A DNA stretch of 20,000 nucleotides, from the IMG/VR virus record IMGVR_UViG_3300023273_001138; one strand, written 5' to 3'. Below are positions 6,612 to 14,020 of the stretch, in pieces. Below the pieces are notes generated by a model that did not search any database, was not told the DNA's origin, and was given only the letters and a program-made list of their open reading frames with translations. Source of the DNA: an uncultured virus (IMG/VR IMGVR_UViG_3300023273_001138) (Duplodnaviria > Heunggongvirae > Uroviricota > Caudoviricetes). Within the stretch, counting starts at the first letter, position 1. The number at the start of each line of letters is the position of its first letter. The translations under genes were made by a program, and so were the position numbers.

Positions 6612-9133
6612 TGTACCAAAACTGCTACTACCAAAGAGAAAAGAATCTCGTTCATATTTGGGATGATAAAAAAGGATACTTCAATTTTCCTTATACTCGA
6701 TACGCATACGAAAAGGCTGATAGAGGTGAGTTTACAACTCTTTATGGAGATAAAGTAACCAAAATCTACAAATTCACAAAAGATGACCCAAATCTTTTCG
6801 AATCAGATGTACCTGAAACTACGAGAGTTTTGGTAGATACTTATACTGATTCGGATTTACCATCAGAAGGACACACTATTCTTACTTATGATATTGAGTG
6901 TGAGATGGAGAGCGGTTTACCAAATCCAGAAGAAGCAGAGAATGAATTAACTTCAATCGCACTACATGATTCAGTAACCAATCAATATTGGGTTTTGGTT
7001 ATGGATAAAAGTGGTGATATGTTGGAAAGAAAAACTGATAAAGCAATTGTGATTCCATTTAAGCAGGAAGAACAAATGTTATTAAAGTTTTTAGAGTTAT
7101 ATGAGATGATTAATCCATCGATTGTAACTGGTTGGAATATTGATTACTTCGATACACCAATGTTATACAATCGTATCAAACGATTGTTGGGTAAAAGAGC
7201 CGCAAATCGCTTATCACCTATTGGTGAGTGTTTTTGGTCTCCTTATCGTAAAAGATTCTTTATGGCTGGTGTATCGTACTTAGATTACTTAGCATTATAC
7301 AAAAACTTCACATACTCGGAATTAGATTCTTATAGATTAGATTCCATTTCTATGAGAGAGTTGAATAGAAAAAAGATTGAATATGATGGAAACTTAGACC
7401 AATTATTCAGAGATGATATTGAGAAGTTTATAGAGTATAACTTAGTGGATGTTGAACTTGTAGTAGAATTAGATAACAAACTTCAGTTCATTGATACCGC
7501 TCGAGGTATTTGTCACGCTGGGCATGTACCTTACGAAGATTTCGTTTATTCTTCAAAGTATTTGGAAGGAGCACTTTTATGTTACCTAAAAAGAAAGGGT
7601 ATTGTTGCACCTAACAAACCAGCTGATAGAAGAGAACGAATGGAAGCTCTTAAAGAGAATAAAGAAGAGAAGTTTATCGGAGCATATGTAAAAGCACCAA
7701 TTGTTGGTAAATATGATTGGATATATGATTTGGATTTAACTTCCCTATATCCATCTATTATTATGACTATCAATATTTCACCTGAAACTAAGATGGGTAA
7801 AATTGAAGATTGGAGTGCTGAGGATTATGTTAAAGATAAAAGGGATAGTTGGGTTATCAATGGTGATACAATCACACAAGAAAATCTAAAAAAGTTTTTT
7901 GAAAGAAGTAAGTTTTCAGTTGCATCAAATGGTGTTCTTTATAGAACGGATAAAGTGGGTTGTATTCCTGATATTTTGGACTTGTGGTTCTCTCAGAGGG
8001 TTGAGTTCAAAAACAAAATGAAAGAATATGGAAACAGTGGAGAAAAAGAAAAATACGAATGGTATAAGAAACGTCAGTTGGTTCAGAAAATTCTACTTAA
8101 TTCTTTATATGGTGTGCTTGGCCTTCCTGCCTTTAGGTTCTATGATGTTGATAATGCTACCGCTGTTACCACAACGGGACAGACAGTTATTAAATCAACT
8201 GCGGATATGGCTAACATCAAATACAATAAGGAGCTTGGTACTCCTAATGCTGACTCTAATATATACATTGATACTGATTCTGTATTTTTCTCAGCAGCTC
8301 CACTTTTAGACCATAGGATTCCAAATTGGAAAGATAATGAGCAAGATACTATTGCTGGATTCGTAAATGATATTGCAGGTGAAATGCAAGATTATCTAAA
8401 TGATTTTTATGATATTCTTGCTGAAAAAGTATTCAATGTAGATAAGGATAAACATCGATTTGAGATTAAGAAAGAATATGTTTCTAAATCAGGTATTTGG
8501 ATTGCTAAGAAACGATATGCACAATGGATTATTTCCGATAATGGTGTACCTGTTGATAAGTTGGATGTAAAAGGATTAGATGTTGTTCGTTCATCATATC
8601 CAGCAGCATTTAGAAAGTTTATGAGTGAGGTTCTGATTGAAATCCTTAGAGGTGATACTGAAGAACAACTTACGAATAAAGTGTATGATTTTAAAAAGAA
8701 TCTACCAAATATGGATGTGGTGAAGATTGCAAAAGCTGGAGCTGTGAAAAACTTATCAAAGTATATGCCAAAGAAAAAGAATCAAACAGCTATGTTCCAA
8801 TTTCCATCTGGTTGTCCGGCGCATGTTAAAGCAGCAATTGCATATAATCAATTACTAAAACACTTTGGGGTGGAAAATCAATACGAACCCCTAAAGGATG
8901 GTGATAAGATTAAGTGGGTTTATCTAAAACAAAATCCATATGGGTTGGATGGTGTAGCTATGAATGGTTACAATGACCCACCTCAGATTATGGAACTGAT
9001 TAACACTTATATCAATCACGATAAAATCTTCGAAAGAGAACTTCTAAAAAAATTAGAAGATTTCTACGGAGCATTAGATTGGGGAGAAGTTTTATCCTCA
9101 ACAAAAACAGCTGAGAAATTTTTCTCATTTTAA
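6611..9133 (+). CDS. polB: Family B DNA polymerase (T4 gp43-like) with 3'-5' exonuclease
   Basis: Exo motifs YDIE, TGWNIDYFD, YNLVDV; polymerase motifs DLTSLYPS, KILLNSLYG, YIDTDS, KKRY; 840 aa with no intein or intron. Confidence 0.98.
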   Translation: MYQNCYYQREKNLVHIWDDKKGYFNFPYTRYAYEKADRGEFTTLYGDKVTKIYKFTKDDPNLFESDVPETTRVLVDTYTDSDLPSEGHTILTYDIECEMESGLPNPEEAENELTSIALHDSVTNQYWVLVMDKSGDMLERKTDKAIVIPFKQEEQMLLKFLELYEMINPSIVTGWNIDYFDTPMLYNRIKRLLGKRAANRLSPIGECFWSPYRKRFFMAGVSYLDYLALYKNFTYSELDSYRLDSISMRELNRKKIEYDGNLDQLFRDDIEKFIEYNLVDVELVVELDNKLQFIDTARGICHAGHVPYEDFVYSSKYLEGALLCYLKRKGIVAPNKPADRRERMEALKENKEEKFIGAYVKAPIVGKYDWIYDLDLTSLYPSIIMTINISPETKMGKIEDWSAEDYVKDKRDSWVINGDTITQENLKKFFERSKFSVASNGVLYRTDKVGCIPDILDLWFSQRVEFKNKMKEYGNSGEKEKYEWYKKRQLVQKILLNSLYGVLGLPAFRFYDVDNATAVTTTGQTVIKSTADMANIKYNKELGTPNADSNIYIDTDSVFFSAAPLLDHRIPNWKDNEQDTIAGFVNDIAGEMQDYLNDFYDILAEKVFNVDKDKHRFEIKKEYVSKSGIWIAKKRYAQWIISDNGVPVDKLDVKGLDVVRSSYPAAFRKFMSEVLIEILRGDTEEQLTNKVYDFKKNLPNMDVVKIAKAGAVKNLSKYMPKKKNQTAMFQFPSGCPAHVKAAIAYNQLLKHFGVENQYEPLKDGDKIKWVYLKQNPYGLDGVAMNGYNDPPQIMELINTYINHDKIFERELLKKLEDFYGALDWGEVLSSTKTAEKFFSF

Positions 9134-9167
9134 TTTGGATAATTAAAAAATTATTCGTATATTTGTA
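9133..9167 (+). repeat. 35-bp direct repeat, copy 2
   Basis: 33/35 identity with 3618-3652. Confidence 0.9.
9134..9165 (+). promoter_or_regulatory. Bacteroidota-type sigma70 promoter
   Basis: TTTG 9134-9137, 20-nt spacer, TATATTTG 9158-9165; upstream of clamp ATG 9198. Confidence 0.85.
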
Positions 9168-9197
9168 ACACTTAAAAATAAATCTTAAAAGTAAATT

Positions 9198-9893
9198 ATG
9201 GAAAAAGTAAAATTCGATGGTTTCATCAATCGATACAATCTCGGTGGAGAGGTTGAATCAGTAATGGTAAAATCAGAAGGTTCTGACCTTTCAGTTAGAA
9301 TGATTTCTGATGACAAAACTCTTTTAGGGGATGTAACTTCAGCTAATACTGATTTCCCAAATGGGGAATTTGGTATTTATACTACATCTCAGTTGAAAGG
9401 GTTATTGAGTGTGTTAGATAACACTATTGAAGTAGAAGAAGTAACTGGAGCACTAAAGTTCTCTGATAAGGGAACAAAGATGCAGTATATGTTAGCAGCA
9501 CCATCAGTTATCCCAGCGGTACCTGATTTAAAAGCACTTCCTCCCTTCAATGTAGAAGTAACACTAAACGATGAGTTCGTAAACAAATTTATCAAATCTA
9601 AGGGAGCATTAGCAGATGCTGATACTTTCACATTCACTTGTAAAAATAACAATGGAGAGATTATCTTAGGTTATTCTTCAATCAATTCAAATAGAATTTC
9701 TATCTCAGTTGATTGTACTTGTGATGGTGATGTTGAACCAATCGCATTCTCTGCGAAATATCTAAAAGCTATCCTATTGGCTAATAAAGGTTCAAATTCT
9801 TCTTCATTGAAGATTTCATCACAAGGTTTGGCACATCTAAACTTTGTTGATGGAGATTATACCAGCAATTACTATCTCGTAGAAATTAAGTAA
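9198..9893 (+). CDS. gp45: DNA polymerase sliding clamp (gp45/PCNA-like)
   Basis: 231 aa beta-rich two-domain pattern, EFGIYTTSQLKGLLSVL (gp45-like FGIYDLxxFL), FSAKYLKAIL and C-terminal YYLV (PCNA-like); lies between the polymerase and clamp loader. Confidence 0.85.
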   Translation: MEKVKFDGFINRYNLGGEVESVMVKSEGSDLSVRMISDDKTLLGDVTSANTDFPNGEFGIYTTSQLKGLLSVLDNTIEVEEVTGALKFSDKGTKMQYMLAAPSVIPAVPDLKALPPFNVEVTLNDEFVNKFIKSKGALADADTFTFTCKNNNGEIILGYSSINSNRISISVDCTCDGDVEPIAFSAKYLKAILLANKGSNSSSLKISSQGLAHLNFVDGDYTSNYYLVEIK

Positions 9894-9895
9894 TT

Positions 9896-11113
9896 ATGAG
9901 TTTTTGGGATACTGAACCAGCAAAGCCAGAATTCATCTTTGAGGAGGAAAAAAGAAAACTCAAAGAGAATATGGATTATCTAATGACAATGAGTGTTGAA
10001 GAACAAACTCTATACAAAAAGTGGGTAGAGTTGCAAGAATCTTCAATGCTTAGAGATAAATCCCAAATCGCTACTCTTTATGATACTCAATGGAAACCAA
10101 CTGATATCAACAATAAAGAACTAACCATCAAAGAAATTGAAGAGTTAGAACCTTATGTTGAAATTGTAGAGGATTCAGCTGAAGCTACAAAGTGGACTTA
10201 TCTTAGAAAGATGATTCACACTATGAGTTGGACAGCTAATCCTGGTCGAAATGTGAAATTGTTTATCAAAGATAAGAAGAGTGGTAAATTGTTAGGTTTG
10301 GTATCACTAGCCTCAGATGTTACTTCTATGAAAGTAAGAGATGATTACATCGGATGGACTAAAGAAGATAAATTCAAAAAGGGAAAGTTGAACTACACAA
10401 CTATCGCTTCCACCATCGTTTGTACCCAACCTTTAGGTTACAACTTTTTAGGTGGTAAACTCACCGCAATGATGACTACAGTTCCAGAAGTTAGAAATTA
10501 TTGGAAAGAAAAGTATGGGCAAACATTGATAGGTGTAGGTACAACTTCCCTTTATGGAATTCATTCACAATATAATGGTATTCCGCATTTTAAAACTTTA
10601 GGAGAATCCGCTGGTAAGATTGCAATCAAACCTGATGATGAGTTCTATGACCCTTGGCACCAATGGTTGAAGGAAAATAGAGCAGATTGGTACGAAAATG
10701 CAATCACTAACGAAAGAATCAGAAATGGTAAAAATATGGGAACTGGTGAAGGTGCTAGTGGACCTGTAAGTGGTATCAAACAAAAGATTCTTTCTCAGAT
10801 TCTAAGAGAATGTGGTATCAAAGCATCTGATTATCATCACGGATTTAAAAGAGGTGTATATCTTGCTATGATGTACGAAAACGGACCTGAGTTCCTCCGT
10901 TCAGAAATTGAAGAATCGGAACTTGTTATGAAGAAAAAGTTTGAAGATGGTGTAGATTACATCAACAATTGGTGGAAAAAACAAGCAATCAAACGATATT
11001 CTAAGTTGCATGATGAAGGTAGATTAAAACCTGAAGATTTATTCTATATCGATGGTATTGGTAAAGATTGGGAAACCTTCAAATCAGAAAGATTAAAAGA
11101 AGTAGGTAGATAA
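9896..11113 (+). CDS. DUF4338 / Druantia DruA-like protein
   Basis: Motifs PGRNVKLFIKD..GKLLGLVSLASD, RDDYIGW, QPLGYNFLGGKL, TTSLYG..SQYN, LGESAG recalled from DruA/DUF4338 proteins. Confidence 0.72.
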   Translation: MSFWDTEPAKPEFIFEEEKRKLKENMDYLMTMSVEEQTLYKKWVELQESSMLRDKSQIATLYDTQWKPTDINNKELTIKEIEELEPYVEIVEDSAEATKWTYLRKMIHTMSWTANPGRNVKLFIKDKKSGKLLGLVSLASDVTSMKVRDDYIGWTKEDKFKKGKLNYTTIASTIVCTQPLGYNFLGGKLTAMMTTVPEVRNYWKEKYGQTLIGVGTTSLYGIHSQYNGIPHFKTLGESAGKIAIKPDDEFYDPWHQWLKENRADWYENAITNERIRNGKNMGTGEGASGPVSGIKQKILSQILRECGIKASDYHHGFKRGVYLAMMYENGPEFLRSEIEESELVMKKKFEDGVDYINNWWKKQAIKRYSKLHDEGRLKPEDLFYIDGIGKDWETFKSERLKEVGR

Positions 11114-11123
11114 AATATAAATT

Positions 11124-12071
11124 ATGGGATTTTTTGAAGAAACTAATAATGAACAAGTAGATAACTCACTTTGGGTAGAATCATATCGCCCAACTACTTT
11201 AGAAAATTATGTGGGTAATGAACACTTAAAAGAAAAAGTAAGTGGTTATTTAGAAACAGGTGATGTACCTCACTTACTTCTTTATGGTAGAGCTGGTACT
11301 GGTAAGACAACTCTTGCCAAATTGATTGTAAAATCATTAGATTGTGATTATATGGTAATCAACGCATCTGATGAGAACAATGTGGAAACTGTAAGAAATA
11401 AAGTAAAAGGATTCGCATCATCGATGGGATTCAAAAAGTATAAAATCATTATCTTAGATGAGTTTGATTATATGTCTCAGAACGCACAAGCGATTCTTAG
11501 AAATCTTATGGAAACATTTTCACAACATTGTAGATTCATTTTGACTTGTAACTATGTTGAGAAAGTTATTGACCCTATCCAAAGTAGATGTCAAACTTTC
11601 CAAATCATTCCTCCTACTAAAAAGGATGTAGCAGTTCAAATCTCAAAGATTCTTAAAAATGAAGAAGTAAAGTTTGAACCAAAAGATTTAGTTCCAATTA
11701 TTGATGCTGGATATCCTGATATTAGAAAGATTATCAATACTTGTCAATTAAACTCAATCAAAGGTGAGTTGAAAGTAGATACTCAAAACCTTTTAGAGAA
11801 TGATTACAAAATGAAAGTTTTGGATATCCTAAAATCTTCGGATGATAAGAGAAACAAATATGTGAATATGAGACAAACTATCATTGATAGTAGAGTAACT
11901 GATTTCTCAGAATTATTTACTCTCTTATATGAAAAGGTAGATGAGTACGCTCCACAAAACACAGCGAATGTAATCATCGCTCTTTCTGAAGGACAGAATA
12001 AACACTTCAACGCTATTGATAAAGAGATACCAATGGCAGCAACTTTGATTGAAATTTTAAACTTAATATAA
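11124..12071 (+). CDS. gp44: Clamp loader AAA+ ATPase (RFC small subunit / T4 gp44-like)
   Basis: LWVESYRP, Walker A GRAGTGKT, INASDE, Walker B ILDEFD, AQAILR, SRC motif. Confidence 0.96.
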   Translation: MGFFEETNNEQVDNSLWVESYRPTTLENYVGNEHLKEKVSGYLETGDVPHLLLYGRAGTGKTTLAKLIVKSLDCDYMVINASDENNVETVRNKVKGFASSMGFKKYKIIILDEFDYMSQNAQAILRNLMETFSQHCRFILTCNYVEKVIDPIQSRCQTFQIIPPTKKDVAVQISKILKNEEVKFEPKDLVPIIDAGYPDIRKIINTCQLNSIKGELKVDTQNLLENDYKMKVLDILKSSDDKRNKYVNMRQTIIDSRVTDFSELFTLLYEKVDEYAPQNTANVIIALSEGQNKHFNAIDKEIPMAATLIEILNLI

Positions 12072-12382
12072 TGGCAAATATAATTGGTAAAGGTGGTAGT
12101 AAACCACAAAAAGCATCAGAACAAAGTACACAACAATCACCAAAGATTGATTTAGGTAAATCAACTCCCGTTGTTTGTGCTCATTGTGGATATGATGTAT
12201 TTGTAGATGGTGCTAAATTTAGAAAAATCTCAAAACTAATCACTGGTACTCCGCAAGATGTAGTTGTACCAATTGAAGTAATGTTATGTGGTAATTGTGG
12301 TGAGATTTGTGAAGAATTACTACCAGAACAAATGAAAGTATTAAACGAAATTGATAAAAGAAATTCTGAGGAGAATGCCTAA
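12071..12382 (+). CDS. Zinc-ribbon hypothetical protein
   Basis: CAHCG and CGNCG pairs; TAATG coupling to the clamp loader gene. Confidence 0.75.
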   Translation: MANIIGKGGSKPQKASEQSTQQSPKIDLGKSTPVVCAHCGYDVFVDGAKFRKISKLITGTPQDVVVPIEVMLCGNCGEICEELLPEQMKVLNEIDKRNSEENA

Positions 12383-12824
12383 ATCGTTGTTTGACCACAT
12401 AAAAGCAATTACCAATGAGCAAGACCCTAAGTATTGGGATAAGTTAGAGGAAGCTGATAAGAAAACATTTTCTAACTATATGGTACTTCGTTTTCTATCT
12501 ATGAAATATGAGTGGGTAGAAACCATTGCAGCAGTTCAACCATATTTACAGGAAGTTCCTCCTAAAGCAATGTATTTGGCTATGATTGATTTACTTCCAA
12601 AGGGTAGGCACTTTATGAAGTATATGAAAGCTAAAACTGCCGATAAATACGAAGGTTGGTTAGTAGAGTTGGTAGCTAAACATTATGAAACCTCAAAGTT
12701 AGAAGCAGAAGATTACTTAAAGATTCTATATGCTAGTAGAACTGGTAAGGAAAGAATCAAACAATTATCAGAGGATTATGGAACTGACCCAAAGATAATT
12801 AAGAAATTAAAATTAAAAATATAA
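12375..12824 (+). CDS. gp62: Clamp loader small subunit (T4 gp62-like)
   Basis: SLFDHIKAI...FSNYMVLRFLSM...LLPKGRHFMKYMK pattern typical of gp62-like proteins; position after gp44; start 12375 preferred to 12351 because the overlap is shorter and GAGGAG precedes it. Confidence 0.72.
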   Translation: MPKSLFDHIKAITNEQDPKYWDKLEEADKKTFSNYMVLRFLSMKYEWVETIAAVQPYLQEVPPKAMYLAMIDLLPKGRHFMKYMKAKTADKYEGWLVELVAKHYETSKLEAEDYLKILYASRTGKERIKQLSEDYGTDPKIIKKLKLKI

Positions 12825-12826
12825 TT

Positions 12827-12857
12827 GAGAAAAGTTTGGAAATCCCAAACTTTTTTC
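12827..12857 (+). terminator. Stem-loop (probable intrinsic terminator) overlapping the next promoter
   Basis: GAGAAAAGTTTGG-AAATC-CCAAACTTTTTTC, 13-bp stem with one G-U pair, T-run on the 3' arm, immediately after the stop at 12824. Confidence 0.6.
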
Positions 12858-12866
12858 GTATATTTG
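12835..12866 (+). promoter_or_regulatory. Bacteroidota-type sigma70 promoter
   Basis: TTTG 12835-12838, 20-nt spacer, TATATTTG 12859-12866; upstream of ATG 12885. Confidence 0.82.
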
Positions 12867-12884
12867 TATAACAAATAGAAGTTT

Positions 12885-13754
12885 ATGGCAAAAGTAAGTT
12901 TTTCACAATATCAACTATATTCATCTTGTCCTCGTGCATATAAACTGAGGTACATAGATAAGTTGGGTGAATCATCTGCTAACATTTATACAATCTTCGG
13001 AACAGCTATCCACGAAACCATACAACATTTCCTTTCAGTTATGTATGGAGTTTCGAAAAAACAAGCTATGGAAATTGATACCGATAAGTTGTTGTTAGAA
13101 TGGATGCGAAAAGAATACATCAAAGAGAACGAAAAGTTGACGGAAGGGAGTGTATGTACTCAGTTGGAGTTAGAAGAGTTCTATGGTGATGGTAGAAGAA
13201 TATTAGAATGGTTTAAAAAGAAATTAGATAAGTTTTACACAAAGACTGGTTTTGAATTGGTAGGTATTGAATTACCCCTAAACGCAAAAGTAAAGGAAGG
13301 TGTAAACTTCATCGGATTTGTGGATATCGTAATGAAAGATTTATCAGATAATTCAATCATCATTATTGATTTGAAAACATCAACAATGGGTTGGAACAAA
13401 TACGCTAAAGCTGATAAATACAAAAACGCTCAGATTGTTCTTTATAAGAAATACTATTCAGAACTATTCAATGTTCCTTTAGATAAAATCAAAGTTGAAT
13501 ATCAGATTATGAGGAGAAAACTCTATGAGGATGCTCCTTTCCCAATTCCTTATATGTCTAGGCATGTACCTGCTAATGGTAAACCAACTGTAAACAAAGT
13601 TTATAATGAGTTTATGGGATTCGTTAATGAGGTATTTGATGATGAAGGTAAGTTCAACGATTTGCCTTATCCAAAGGTGCCGGGTGAACGGAAAAAGAAT
13701 TGTAAGTTTTGTGAATTCCTTCAAAGAGGAATTTGTGATGGAAATCCATCGTAA
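12885..13754 (+). CDS. PD-(D/E)xK nuclease, Cas4/AddB-like exonuclease with Fe-S cysteines
   Basis: SFSQ...CPRAY, FGTAIHE, GFVDIV, IIDLKTS, QIVLY and C-terminal CKFCEF....C (1+3 Cys arrangement). Confidence 0.9.
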   Translation: MAKVSFSQYQLYSSCPRAYKLRYIDKLGESSANIYTIFGTAIHETIQHFLSVMYGVSKKQAMEIDTDKLLLEWMRKEYIKENEKLTEGSVCTQLELEEFYGDGRRILEWFKKKLDKFYTKTGFELVGIELPLNAKVKEGVNFIGFVDIVMKDLSDNSIIIIDLKTSTMGWNKYAKADKYKNAQIVLYKKYYSELFNVPLDKIKVEYQIMRRKLYEDAPFPIPYMSRHVPANGKPTVNKVYNEFMGFVNEVFDDEGKFNDLPYPKVPGERKKNCKFCEFLQRGICDGNPS

Positions 13755-13800
13755 AAATATATTTCTATATACTTATATATAAACATATAATTTGTATATT

Positions 13801-13998
13801 ATGAGTGTAGAAACTAAACTAACAACTGTAAAGATTATAAAGGGTGTTTATTCTAACTTTAAAAGGGTTTCTTTTGAATCTGATGTAACACTTCAAAAAT
13901 TAGTAAACAGAACAGTTGAACGATATGTAACCGATGAACAATTTAGAGAAGAGATGAATGAATATCTTAAACTCCAAATTTCAGGTTCACAATTTTAA
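13801..13998 (+). CDS. Small ribbon-helix-helix-like DNA-binding protein
   Basis: 65 aa from ATG 13801; strand KLTTVKI followed by helices VYSNFKRVS and TLQKLVNRTVERYV. Confidence 0.6.
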   Translation: MSVETKLTTVKIIKGVYSNFKRVSFESDVTLQKLVNRTVERYVTDEQFREEMNEYLKLQISGSQF

Positions 13999-14020
13999 AA
14001 AAAAGTTATTTAAATAAGTT

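Noticed and set aside
8028..8309. 93-aa + strand ORF inside polB
   Set aside because: Alternative-frame ORF overlapping conserved polymerase motifs B and C; no independent support.
1..9133. Intein or group I intron in nrdA or polB
   Set aside because: Both read continuously at normal length with motifs at expected spacing.
9896..11113. A complete Druantia defence system
   Set aside because: Only a DruA-like gene is present; no DruE helicase or DruB-D, and the context is a phage replisome.
6611..12071. Archaeal or eukaryotic-virus origin suggested by PolB, PCNA-like clamp and RFC
   Set aside because: The gp62-like subunit, Mom-like genes, bacterial-type NrdA, overlapping operonic genes and Bacteroidota promoters fit a bacteriophage better.
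12885..13754. CRISPR-Cas locus
   Set aside because: No repeat-spacer array or other cas genes; the 35-bp repeats are 5.5 kb apart and are promoters.
14006..14017. 12-bp palindrome TTATTTAAATAA before the first GT4 gene
   Set aside because: A/T-only palindrome in a very AT-rich spacer with a single occurrence; plausible by chance.
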